Shown: positions 12,329-24,640, numbered from the stretch's first letter. The stretch is 64,000 nt of DNA from Monocercomonoides exilis PA203 (GCA_001643675.2 LSRY02000030.1:1054001-1118000), one strand, 5' to 3'. The notes: generated by a model not told the origin, from the sequence alone. Translations and numbers: made by a program.

Positions 12329-13747
12329 ATGTCAACAAAAAGCAATGATGAATCATCAACAAAGAAAAAAATCCCTCTTATAAGTTAACGATTTTTTGTA
12401 AATATTTTTTCTTTTATAAAATTTGTTTTTTAAAATGTAGGAACTTATCCAATTGTTCTTTGCCCTGGGATTGCTCGCTTTGATGTTGTTTTTCAGAAAG
12501 TTTTACGCACTGATAAATCAAAGACATTTGAGAATTTAAGTTACTTTAAAAGAATGAAGGGATATCTAGAACAATATGGTTTTCAAGTTGAACATTCAAC
12601 AGTTGGATTTGCTAACTCAGTGGAAGAAAGAGCTCAGGTGTTCTTATTCTACAATTATTTTTTTTTTTCATCTTGAAAAATTTTATCTTTATTGATTTTA
12701 ATGAAGCAAACAAGAGTTAACATCGAAAAAGTTCTTGAAAAATATGATACTGATAAGGTTCATGTTATAGGTCATTCAATGGGAGGTTTTTCTAAATTTT
12801 GCAAATTGTTATTTAAATGCTTATGAAAACTTAATCAGGTCTTGATGTTAGACATTTGATTTGGAATTCTCGTGATGATGGATTTTATAAAGTTTGAAAT
12901 TGAAATAAAAAATAAAATATTTTTCTTGATAGTATTTTTGAAACAATAATTTCTGTTCTAGCACATCGCCAGCTTGACAACTATTTCAACTCCACATCAT
13001 GGCTCTTTGGCAGCTGAATTTTTTTTGAGCAAAACGCCCATTGGAATGTCATATCGAAAAAAGTTGAAGCAAGTTCAGAAAGAAATGGAATCTCAAAGAT
13101 CAGAGATGCCTGAAAAGTCATCGTCCAGTCAGCCCAGCAGTGAATCTTCTTCTTCCAAAGCTACTGAAGGTGAACATAAAACGGAGTCATTGGAGCCAAA
13201 AAAGGAAAACGAGAACGAAAAGAAGAATGAAAAAGAGAAAGAAAAAAAATCCAAAAATCCCAAGTTAGATATCGATATGAATATCTCAGCCATAGCGAAT
13301 GTGAAAAAGCTTGGCAACATCAAGTTTTTAGGTATCGATGCCAACGGCGTGGTTGACCTGCTTCCCGAGCTGTGTGAAGAATTCAATGCGAAAGTGCGCG
13401 ATTTTGAGCTTCATTGTGGAATAGTCTTCAGAGCGGTTGCAGCTAAACGGGAGAAGAAAGGAGTGTTCAGCGTGATGAAGCCAGCGAGTGTGATGGTGAC
13501 GAAAGGTGAAGGAGAGAACGACGGGTTTGTGTCTGTGATGTCTGCGTCGTGGTTCCCCGAGTTCTTCCACCCTCCTGTTTGGGACGCAGACCATCTGAAC
13601 CAGGTTGGGTGGGGCACATTCTCAGGGTGGATGACAGGGAGGGGGAACACAGAGGCACAGGAGGCAAACATCAGAGAGAAGTGGCGCAGGCTGTGCGACG
13701 AGCTGGCGGAGATGTTCCCTGTGGTGTGTGCTGTTGAGGGAGAATAG
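12329..13747 (+). CDS. Alpha/beta-hydrolase triacylglycerol lipase (LipA/Tgl2-like), multi-exon
   Basis: YPIVLCPG, nucleophile elbow VHVIGHSMGG|LDVR, LTTISTPHHGS, catalytic Asp in NDGFVS, catalytic His in DADHLNQVGW. Several short introns. Confidence 0.85.
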
Positions 13748-13997
13748 AATGTTGTTGTTGCATCTTATTCATTCATCCATTCCGTGTTATTGGGATGAAA
13801 AATGTTATGTATTTTTAAAAAAAAAAAGAAATCGTTATGTGAAATGTATATTTTTTATAAATGCATTTGTTTTTTTATTTTTTTTATCTTTTTTTCAATG
13901 TTTGGTTCAATTCACAATGTTTTTGTATCACTTTCAATGAATTCATGAATGCATTTTTAATTTTTTTATCTTTTTTTGTTTCATTCAGCGGAGCATT

Positions 13998-14681
13998 TTG
14001 AGCATTCCAGAAAGCTTTTCGATTGCAACAGTGCATGCTTCCTTCCCCAACGATCCAAACAATCAGACACATTCTGTTGAGATACAGCGGATGAACCAGC
14101 CACAGATAGATCATTTGCAAGATCCTTCTGATCAATGTGCAGTTGAATCGATGGAGGCAAAGGAGGAAAAGAAGGAGGAAAAAAAGGAAGAAGAGAAGGA
14201 GGAGGAAGATGAAGAGGAAAGTGAAGAAGATGAAGAAGAAGAAGAGGATGAAGCGAAGAAAGAGGCGATATTTTTGGAAAAGGTGAAGAAAGAACTTGAG
14301 GAATGTGGTGATGAAATGGGGGCTGAAATGAAATTGGGAGCAGCGGAAGAAGAAGAAGAAGGGGAAGAGGAGAAAAAAGGTGAAGAGAAAGAGGAGGTGA
14401 AGACAGAGGAAACGAAGGGGGAAGCAAAAGAGAAAGAGAAGGAAGATAAGGAAGATAAGGAAGAGAAGGAAGATAAGGAAGAGAAGGAAGAGAAGGAAGA
14501 GAAGGAAGAGAAGGAAGAGAAGGAAGAGAAGGAAGAGAAGGAAGAGAAGGAAGAGAAGGAAGAGAGGATGGAAAAGAATGAGAAAGTAGAAGAGAAGGCT
14601 GAAGAGAAGGCTGAAGAAAAGGCTGAAGAGAAAGAGGAGAAAGAGAAAGAAGCGAACAAGATAGATTCAGCTTCCTTTTAA
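13998..14681 (+). CDS. Glu/Lys-rich low-complexity ORF, possibly a terminal exon or gene fragment
   Basis: 227-codon ORF with no ATG at the predicted start and mostly EEK repeats; no recognisable domain. Confidence 0.35.
   Translation: MSIPESFSIATVHASFPNDPNNQTHSVEIQRMNQPQIDHLQDPSDQCAVESMEAKEEKKEEKKEEEKEEEDEEESEEDEEEEEDEAKKEAIFLEKVKKELEECGDEMGAEMKLGAAEEEEEGEEEKKGEEKEEVKTEETKGEAKEKEKEDKEDKEEKEDKEEKEEKEEKEEKEEKEEKEEKEEKEEKEERMEKNEKVEEKAEEKAEEKAEEKEEKEKEANKIDSASF
14440..14566 (+). repeat. 9-bp tandem repeat (GGAAGAGAA)n encoding EEK
   Basis: Directly visible tandem array. Confidence 0.9.
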
Positions 14682-15463
14682 GTTGACTGAATTGCTTTAA
14701 TTTGCATTCTCAGCGAAGTTAACGGCTTTCCTTTATTTCACTCGAAATACACATTAAAACTGAATAAGTTTAGTTCACTTAACTATTTCTTCATTGTAAG
14801 TGACACTTGCAAATGAGTAATACGTTAGGTGTTTAGAAAGTTGAAAGGTGCTCAAATGCTTTTTCAATGTTTATTTTTTTTTATTTTTTGTATTTTTTTA
14901 ATAAGTGATTTTTTATGTTATATTTGCGGATTAAAGAGAAAAAAAGAATATTTTGATATTCGGAGAAAATTGCAACGCTTGTTTTGTCCAAAAGTTGTGT
15001 TTCTGGGGATTGCGATTTTTGAATAATGTTTATTTTGAAATATTTAAATATATTCTAAAAACAAATAAATGAAATGGTGAATATTTGAACTATTTGCACA
15101 AAAGTTAATCACAAATGAAAAAATGTTAGGTGATTTATATGAATAACTGCGAATGAAAAGAAGAAATGCATCAAAATCCTTCCAGATTTTTTATTGAAAA
15201 CAACAGGATTTGTATTGAACTACATGCATTTGACATGGCAAGAATCAAAAAGCTCAAAAAGATACCACTTTGCTTGACATTTCAGCCCAGCTAAAAATAG
15301 GCAACCGAATCTACTTTTAAAGATTGTATTATTTTCCAAACAGTTTCTGATTGATTTATCAAGTTTTATTAAAACATGCCTCAAGACAATCTAAATGGCA
15401 CACAATATCTTTGCAAAAATCTAACTAATATTCTTTTTCCTCTTCAACTCTTCATCACTTCGG

Positions 15464-18400
15464 TCACTTCCTGTTTTGCTTCACAATATGATACGCTCTG
15501 ATAAAATGCTTTTTTTTAACCACAGCTGCATCCACATCCTCTCTTAGTGCACACATCGCTGCTTCTCTCGCAACATTCTGTATTTCAGCTCCTGACCACC
15601 CAACCATTCCCTCTTTGTTTGTGCTGCCTAATTCCAACTTCATCGTTTGGAACTGCTTCAAAAACGGATTTTCAAATAATATTTTGTTTGATTCTTTATC
15701 TTCTTCAAGTTGAGCTTTTGATTCAGTTTTAATATTTATCTCCTTTTCTATTTTCTTATGATCATCATGATCTTCCTCTTCCTCTTCTTTATCTTCCTCT
15801 TCTTCAGCTTCTCCTCTTACAAGCTTGAGGAAAAATCTTCTCCACTCTTGTGAGTCTGAAGAGGCTGGCGATGTATTTATAGTCTTTCTTTCAGAAGACG
15901 ATAGAGAAGAAGAAGAAGAAGACGATGCCGAAGATGCTGAAAACACATCAACTTTTGAATCCTTATTCTTCGCTTTTATCTCATCCAATGGCATTTTCTG
16001 TGTCGCATCCACCAAAATCTGCACCAGCGCCATTTCGTCTGGATACTCCAGCTCAACCACAACCTCCAACCTTCCACTCCTCCTAAGCGCTTTGTCAATG
16101 CTGCTTTTGCTGATGGCTGTGCCTACAACAACAACAGGCTTGGCAAACGAGTTCAGAAAGGAGAATGAAATCGGAGGAGGATATAATGAATGACTTGTTT
16201 GTTCTGCGGTATCATTTGTCTCTTGTTTTCTTTCCTTTGCGTTGCCTTGATCTTCTTCTTTAGCTTCTTCTTTCTTTGGGCTTTCTTGATTTGAAAGTTG
16301 TTTCACTTCTGCTCTTTCTTCTATTTCCGAAGGATTATTCTCCTTTTTACCAGCACTTTCACCCAATTTGAAGTCTTCTTCTTTCTTTCCTTCCATTTCT
16401 TCCTGTTTCCTTCTCCTTTCCTTCTCTTCCTCTTCTTCAATCCACCCCACCAACCTCTCAAGCTCCTCATCCACCATCCTCCTCGCCCTCTCCCTCTCCT
16501 CCGCTTTTGCTTTCTCCACTCTGTCCATCTCTCCGCACAGCGTGTTCACTGCCCTCCCAAACGCTCTCGTGCTGCTCCTGTCGCTCTTCACATCTCCTGC
16601 CACATTTGCCAAGTCATCCAACACAACCACACACGGAGCCAGGCGCTGGGCAGCGGAAAACAGACGCCGAATCTCCTTTTCGGTGTCTCCGACTGCTTTT
16701 GACAGGAGAGATGACAAAGAACCAGAGAGAATGTGACATCCGCTGAAGGGGTGGGAGACAGCGTTGGTGACTGCGGTGCGGAGGAGAGTGTGAATAAAAG
16801 GTGAAAGAGAAGGAGGAATTGGATCTGATGTTGATGAGGAAGAAGAAGCAGAAGAAGGGAAAGAAGGACTTGAAGAAGAAGAAGTTTTTGATGATGAAGA
16901 GGAAGATGACGAAGCATTTTTCAAACGCCTTTCTTCTTTCATTTTGCACAGATGATTGTACAAAACATTAGTAAGCCATTCGATTTCTTTTCTTTGTTCT
17001 TCTTTTGCTTTTGATGAAAAGTTTACAGAAGTATTTGATTTTCCGCTAAGTTTATCTTCTTCACCGCTTTCCAGCACTTTCCCCATTCCTGCTGCTTCTG
17101 CCACTGCCAGTGCAAGTGTTGTCTTGCCAGAACCGGATGGACCGCAGATGAGCAAGCCAGACGAAGGAGAAGTGCCACAGAGAAGAGAAGAGGCGAATGA
17201 AGACAGCTGAGAAAGAAGATGCGTGTTGATGACAGAAATGGCACTGGAAAGCCCGCGTAGCAGGTGAGGAAAGCGAGAAGAGGATGAAAGAGACTTCGAG
17301 GCGTTTGACGATAAAGCGGAAGAAAATGAAGAAGAAGAAGAAACGGAAGAAACGGAAGAAAAAGTGGATGCGGTGCGAAATGAAATTGTTGTTGCAGCTA
17401 TTTCTTCAAAGGCTCTTTCGAAGTCAGAAAGCGAAAGACCTTCGAATGGCTGCAAATTTTGAGAATCTTTATTTTCGTATTTTCTTTCTTTCTTCTTTTC
17501 TTTTTCTGAAGACTCAATTCCTTCATCGTTTGTAATGTTAATTGTTGAATGAAGCGAAGAAGTCCTCCTTTTCCAGCAGATAAGCGCTGCCTGGCACAAT
17601 CGAGTGAGATCAGAGGCAGACAATCCGATGCTCAGTGCTGCTACTCTTTGAATTATTTTCTCTGTATTTGACTGAGTGTTCTCTGAAGTTTGTTCCAAAC
17701 AATTGAAATTTGAAGAAGATTCAGAAAGAAATGTTTTTTCCTTGTCAGGTTTCTTCTTTTTCTTTTTCTTCTTTTGATTTTCATTTTGTATATTTTCAGC
17801 TGATGTTTCATCAAAAGGCAGAGTCTTTGAAATTTGAGTAAGAATATTCAGTCTGTGTAAGTAACTTGTTCCATCAATTCTGTGAATAAAGCCAAAGCGC
17901 GTTGGAATCAAGAGCGATTCACAGAGTGAATCAAGACTTGGAGCAATTCCAATTACGTGTATAAAAGATGGTTTCCCATTTGATTGTGTTTGAGTGGATG
18001 AAGTGATTGATTGAAATGAAGTTGAGAGAGCTTGAGAGAGATTTATGTGAAATGTTTGATCGAGAAGCTGACATAACAGTGCTGTTACGCATCTTTCCGC
18101 TATTGTTTCTTGCGCTTTGCCTTCTAGGACTTCCATATCATCCTCTTTATCAGTTGAAATCATAGAAATATTTTGTGTCATAATGTGAGAAGGAGAGATC
18201 GCGTGAAGATTATCTATTACAATCAAGTAATCTGAATGTTTTTTTGATGGAGAAATTCTTATATGGGCAAATGCACTCTCAAAAGCTTGTTTTAGGATTT
18301 TTTCACTTTCAGAAATGTCTTTCATAAAAAACAAATAAAAAAATATGAAATAAAAAAATAAATTATCATCAAACATTTTCTGTAAATTTTCGTCCCGTCT

Positions 18401-18709
18401 ATATATTGGACATTTTCTTTAAAATGTGAAAAAGCTAATTCTTTAACAAAGCGAGTTTTTCCGCATCCGGCATCTCCTAATAAAAGATGAAGACCTAAAA
18501 ATTTTTAAAGCAATGCATAGGAAAGCAACATCAATTGAATCAAAATTTATAACAATACCATTTGTTCTCAGTAAGTCATTTTTAATTTCATCCATTAAAA
18601 AAATTATGGATCACATAAAATCTTGTGCTCATAAGAAAAAATCAATTTTTGTTCTTTGATATCAAAAATATAACCAATGAATTTTCTCATAAAAATAATT
18701 TTGATCCAT
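15464..18709 (-). CDS. Divergent CDC48/AFG2(SPATA5)-like double AAA+ ATPase with long low-complexity insertions; start approximate
   Basis: D1 Walker A LLLGDAGCGKT in an upstream exon (~18420-18495); D2 GLLICGPSGSGKT; LLSKAVGDTEKEIRRLF; SRH IDKALRRSGRLE; C-terminal GWSGAEIQNVAREAAMCALRE. Confidence 0.75.
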
Positions 18710-19085
18710 TTAAAGCTGGAACTTTCAAGTGACCTTTTTGTAAGTTAAATTGAAGTTGATTTTCTTTTCATGGCAATATTACACTATTTAAGTTTTTTCA
18801 ATTATTAATTTGACAAATAACGAGAATTACCAAAAAATAAACGCGAAAAAATGGATTCTATTTTGAAGTATCAAACAGAAAAGCACTCAACCGTATGTTA
18901 CAGCCTTGATAACGAACAAAAATGAAAAAATTACAATTTTGACACGAAAAAGATTGGAAATGAAAATGAAAATGAAAAAATGAAATGCTTATTATAAACG
19001 TCCATGAACTGAAACATCATTTACATTTTGTATTAAAATAAAAATAAATTTTTTTTCATAAAAAAAAATATTTTGTTTTTAATTG

Positions 19086-21985
19086 TCACTTATCTAAATA
19101 TCTCCGGCAGAATCTCAAAAACAGCTCGACATCAGAAAATGTTGTTTGATCCCCAAAAGAAATACGAATGGCTTTTCTTTCAGAAGAATGCTCATTTGAA
19201 GATGAGGAAGTGGTAGAAGAAAGAGAGAAAGAGGAAGAGGAAGAAGAAGAAGATGAAGATGATGATGATGAATGAGAAGATGAATGAATTGGATGGCTAA
19301 TACTGTTTGGAGATGTAATGTGAGGAGAAGAAGACGATTTGTTTTTCAATGAGAAATCATCAGAAGTGGAAAGAGGAGTAGAAGAAGAGGAGGAGGAAGA
19401 AGAGGAAGAGGAAGAATTATTATTTCTATTATTATTATTATAACCAGAAATAGAATTATCCGAAGCTGAAATGAGAAGAGGTGATGTGGAAGATGCAAAT
19501 GAACATTTCGTTTTCTTTTCTGTTTTTGGGTGTGGAACCAATCCGATGCTGATGTGCTCCTTCGCAGCCTCAGCCACAAACACAGCTGGATCAAAAACAT
19601 CTTCATTCTTCTTCAGAACATCGGCCGTGATGAATGGGGCACACAAAACAGAAGAAGAAAGAGAAGAAGAAGAAGAAGAAGAAGAAAGAGGAGAATGCAA
19701 TCGAAACAAGGGGTTATTGTTTGAATGGAGCATTCCTGCTATCTCATTCGCACACCAACTGCGCAGTGCATCTGTCTGCTTCCACACAGCTGCCATCGTC
19801 TTTCGGAGGTTGATTCTCTTCCTCTCTGACACATCTCCATTCTCATCTGCAACCAAAAGAGAAGAAGGATTGCCTTGTCTTCTCTTCCCATCCCCCACAA
19901 AATATCGAATGTACTTCCGCACAGACGGAATCAGAAGAAGACGCTCAATTTCTCTTCGCCTCTCCTTTCTCTCTGCTCTTGATTCACGTTCTCCTGTTAA
20001 TAAACTGTTTTTCCCTTCTTTTTCTTTCTCTTTCTCTTCTTCTTCATATTCATATTCATATTCATCTTTATCTCCAAAGTCATCATCGTATGGTGGCATA
20101 TCAAAAAACAGCCCAACACGCTTGTCTATTTCTTCTATCTTGTCCTTCATGTCTTCCCATGACATCAAATCCTCCTCCTTTTTCTCCCCTTCCTTTTGAT
20201 TCTGTCTCTGCCTCTGTTTCTTCTTCTCCTCCTCCTCCTTTAATTTCTCCACTCCTCCCTTCTCCTTCTTCTCCCTCCTCTCCATCTCTTCAGCATCCTC
20301 CATCATCTCCACCACATCTGCCATCCACCTCATCCCGCACTCCACCCCAACTGCATCCAGAAATGGCACTGTGCCATCCTCAAAGCGTGTGCACTTCAGA
20401 GGCATCCATTGAATGAAGTGCTCATCTGCCAGTGACAAAGAAACTGTCCCACCGCCAAAGAACTTCTTGCTTGATGAAAGCAGAGCCAGGGCAGACTCAC
20501 TTGCGACGACGGCATACAGCGAGGAGAGGAGAGGAGACACGCCAAAGGAGAAGGAGAGGGGGAGGATGAGGATGTCAGCATTGAGAGGGAAGGGGTGGGT
20601 GAGGGAGACGGAGGAGAAGGATGGGAGAAATGAAGAAGAGGAAGAAGAAGAAGAAGATGATGATGATGATGTTTTTGAATCTGTTTGTGGATGCAAATCA
20701 GGTTGTGTTTTTGACTTTGCTGTTTTCGCTGCTCTTTCGGGTGTTCCAGGGGGAATGGTGTCTGAATAAGGCGAAGTGATTTTGATTGGAAGTGATATAA
20801 CTTCGGGCTCAATATCTACTGCAATAATGCAATGCTCTCGATAACGCTTTTCTTTGGCATTCCTGTTTTTGCTGATTTTCTCGTTTTCACTCTGTTCTTT
20901 ATCATAATCAAGTGAAGATGTCTCGCTTTCTTCTTTCTCATTTTGCTGTTTTGTTGAAGTTTTTGCTGCTTCTTTTCCAACCTCTGAGATGTTCTTCTTC
21001 AAATCAATGCGTTTTGCTGAAGGAAAAGTCGTTGCGCGCGAAAACGCTTCCGGTGGAAGGATTTCTCCGGTCGAAGGGATAAACATGGGAAGGACGGACA
21101 AATGGTACAAGTCTTCAGCTTCACTTTCATCTTCTTCGGTTTCATCAAGCGCTGCTTCTGTTTTTGTTGAATGCATATTTTGTTTGGAGTGAGAAGCAAC
21201 CTCTTTCAAGTAGTCGGTTGCAGAATACTCGCAAACAGATGCTCCTTTGCTGACTGCATGCGATTTGATGAATTCGTCTTCATAGTTCTTCTCTTTGATT
21301 GTTAATAGCAAGGATTCTGAGGTGAAAGGAAAGGCTTCTCCCTTTTCAATTTTTTATATAAAAAAAAAGATAAAAACAATAAATTAAAAATAGCATGGCA
21401 AAAACAAAATTCATACAATGAGTTTAAATGCAGCTTCCCTGCTTCCTGTCAAAATTACTTCATGATCCATAAGATCTCCTCCGATATATTCAATAATTCT
21501 GTCTTTAACTATTCTTATGATGGTATCAGATTTTTTCGAAGAAGGATTAATACTGTGGGGGTTTCCAAATTGATACGTTGATAAAGAATCAAGATAGTAA
21601 TTAATTTTTGCATTTGTCACAGGCGGTTTTTCGAAACTATTTAGATTCACAGATACTGGAATAAATTAAAAATAAATTTCGAAGTTTTTCGCTCTTAATC
21701 CTGAAAAAAGTGTTTGATTTACGTCATACATTTATTAGTCGGATCGTCTAATTTTTGAATTGCATCCTTTAGCATCCACAATGAAGGTGAAGAATGAGTA
21801 AAAAAGGTGAAAAGCTTGAAGCGCTTTTGAGAAAAACTCGAACGTTGAACAGCTTTATCCACATTTCTGTAAAGAGGTCCATCACTTTTGTTTACTCCGA
21901 GAAATTGCAACAGCAATCCAACAACAAAAATCGTTATTAGAACAATTACGAATACTCTCAAAAAATTAAATCTTTTAGAACGCAT
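19086..21985 (-). CDS. Class-V PLP aminotransferase fold, molybdenum-cofactor-sulfurase-like, with N-terminal TM anchor; multi-exon
   Basis: Exon 1 TM VFVIVLITIFVVGLLL; FGNPHS; VILTGSREAAFKLI; FFGGGTV; RFEDGTVPFL; C-terminal AIRISFG...FSDVELFLRF. Motif order matches MOCOS/ABA3 NifS-like domains. Confidence 0.65.
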
Positions 21986-23178
21986 CAAGATATTGGCCTT
22001 TTCAAATAACGAACAAATAGAAAATCCTCAATGAATATAACTTTATGAGTAGTTATTAAATGAACGATTAATTTCTGATGAATGATCTGTACCTTAAATA
22101 ATTTTTCAAAATATGCTTTTTAAAAAAATTTCATTATTCTCGTTTTATTTTCTTTGATAACCACACATAAATAAACTTTCAAATTAGCCTGGGTGACGGA
22201 TTGAAAAATTGATGGTTTCGTCAGTCAGTAGTATTTTTTTCTCGTCAGTGGAAAGTTATAACTTAAGTCTTAATTTTGAAGATAACAAGACATAATGTTT
22301 ATTTCAATATATTATTTCAGCTGGCTTCAATAATTATTTATGAACTTTATCATTTTTCTTTTTTTGAAAAGATAATGAACTTTTATAATTAATCTTAATT
22401 TGAGAAATGATTTAATTTCAATTTCACATTCACTTTGAATGATAGTTGCTCGGTTTGCATTATGTTGTTTAACCTAATAAATGTGTGTGTTTTCTTACAG
22501 AGCAACAGGATGAAATTGAAGAAAATTAGTTCAAAGTGGAATATTCTTTTAATCAAGGATGAATATCGAATAAGGAAAGCGAATTCAAATAGAGACTTAG
22601 CGGGAAAAGAGATTTGGATGAAAAATTGATGAATCTATTGCATAAACTCAAAAAAAGAGACAATAAATTTTTGTTGAAAAAACCGTTGCATTTTAAACAA
22701 AGTGTTGATATTATTTTCAAAATATGTTTGTATTAGGTGGGTGATTATTTTTGAAAGCAATTATGATTACTTTGATTTATGAATACGCTGAGGAAACCAG
22801 AGATAATAATATTAAAAGAAGAAAAGTGTGAAAAGAAAATGAAAAATTAATGAAAGTTAATTTATTTCGAAAAAGCCTTTTTAGGCTTTAGCAATTAATT
22901 ATTTTTGAGGAAAAATGCTTTTTGTGAAAGAAGAGAATTGAAAGTGGAAGAGATGTTATATAAAAGGGATTAATATGTATTTCCAGTTTGAAGATGGTAA
23001 AAAGGATAAGTTCGAGTGAATTGTGTGATGGATTTGGGTTTCTCCCCAGCAGAACATAGAAGCAAAATACAAGAGCCAAAAGATAAGAATTTCTGTGAAT
23101 ATCTCAGTTGATATTTATTGGCTCCAGAGATATGTTTTATCAGCTAAAAATCCATCTTTATAAAGATCAATCAAAATT

Positions 23179-24606
23179 ATCGTTTTATGTATATCTGATG
23201 GTAGTAGTCATTTAGTGTAATAAGCTGGAATAGGTGATGATAATAAGATAGAGATCATGAGGTAATTGCTGATGCTCTTAGGGGTTTCTCATGATTAGAT
23301 ATTCAATGATGTTCTATAAAGATGGAGTTGTTGATAGGTGTAATCGATATGTATCTATAGCTGATATACCATATCTCCGGGAAGGAGAATTAGCTAAAAG
23401 ATCAACTGAAAGTGTTCGCAACGAAGTTGCTCAGGAGACTTTGTCTCCGTTCAAGTTGGTAAATTAATGGTGAAATTGTGTGAAAATTGATGTTATCGTT
23501 GATGAAATACATGTGTTGTATGTTGAACGTGTTATGTGTTGAACCTGTCGGTGTTATCGTTGGTGGAGGCGTCGAAGATGGTGAATTGGTGGTGAAAATT
23601 GATGAAATCGTAGGTGTTATCGTTGGTGTGATCGTTTGTGAAATCGCAAATAAAAATAATTGATTTTGTTTTTTTGTTTTATCGTAAATGGGTCGAAAGA
23701 AGATATACGCAACTGTGGAAGAAGCGAAAGAGGCTCAACAGAAACAAATTAAACAGTTTCAGGAAAAACGTAAAGAAGAAACAAAGTATTACAACGAACA
23801 TGTAACTGAGAAACAGAAGAAATTGATTAAGATAGTGAGGAGAAAGCTTATCGAAAGTGATGAGTTGTTAGATGAGTTGATGGAAAAAGTTAATGGGTAT
23901 TGCCTGTGCAGGCTTGATTGGGCAAAATGTGTTAATTGACGAAATATAACAGACTACACACGTTATTTGAATCGTAGATTAAATCAAACAGTAGTCACGA
24001 TGGCATTATAGTTGATTGCCAACATCTATATTTTTCGAACAAATGGCATTATGGTGGATTGCCACATTGATGTTTTTCACTTGACTTGGGGTTTATTTTG
24101 GTGTATTTAGCTTGAAAAAGTGTCAACCGGTAGTCAGGATACCGAATTGTGGCAATATCGAGATGCTTGGGGAAGGGAAATATTAACTATAATCTCCGTG
24201 CTGGAAGCGTAGTCAGGTAGTCAGGTAGTCAGGATCTTTTAAGTTCATCTGAAAAGAGCTGCCAACATGCCATTTCTGCCAACATGAGCAATTTACCTCT
24301 AATTTACCATGATTTTGAGGGTTTTTATTTATTTTCGACTGAATCATCATTCTGCCACATTGCCACATGGTATCGTTGGTGGCACATATTATTTATTCGT
24401 TGGTGGCACACACTTTTTGTATCGTTTGTTGTTCCAAACAGATGTTTTGCCTGCACAGGATAAGCTGGTCAGGTAATGTGAGCGATTCTGTGGCGTGGAA
24501 ATATTGAGTTAAATCTCCGTGCTTTTCACCTGCACAGGGTGCACAGGATAAATTAAATTCTCTAAAATATGTGGGCAAACGGGCAAACGGGGCAAATGGG
24601 CAAAAT
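23179..24606 (+). repeat. Left long terminal inverted repeat (1428 bp)
   Basis: Begins ATCGTTTTATGTATATCTGATGGTAGTAGTC; its reverse complement ends at 28471. Confidence 0.95.
23688..23939 (+). CDS. 83-aa basic/coiled-coil TIR-encoded protein, copy 1
   Basis: ATG start after a T-rich leader; MGRKKIYATVEEAKEAQQKQIK...; identical copy in the right TIR. Confidence 0.7.
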   Translation: MGRKKIYATVEEAKEAQQKQIKQFQEKRKEETKYYNEHVTEKQKKLIKIVRRKLIESDELLDELMEKVNGYCLCRLDWAKCVN

Positions 24607-24640
24607 GTGAAAAAATTAAACTGTAGCATTTCTGTGATTA

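Noticed and set aside
22430-23090. Missing 5' half of the pogo transposase left of the TIR element
   Set aside because: No HTH or DET-type motif recognisable in any frame.
24393-24629. 78-aa ORF and its mirror at 27039-27257
   Set aside because: They run through the repeated-motif array and differ at their starts outside the TIR; likely incidental.
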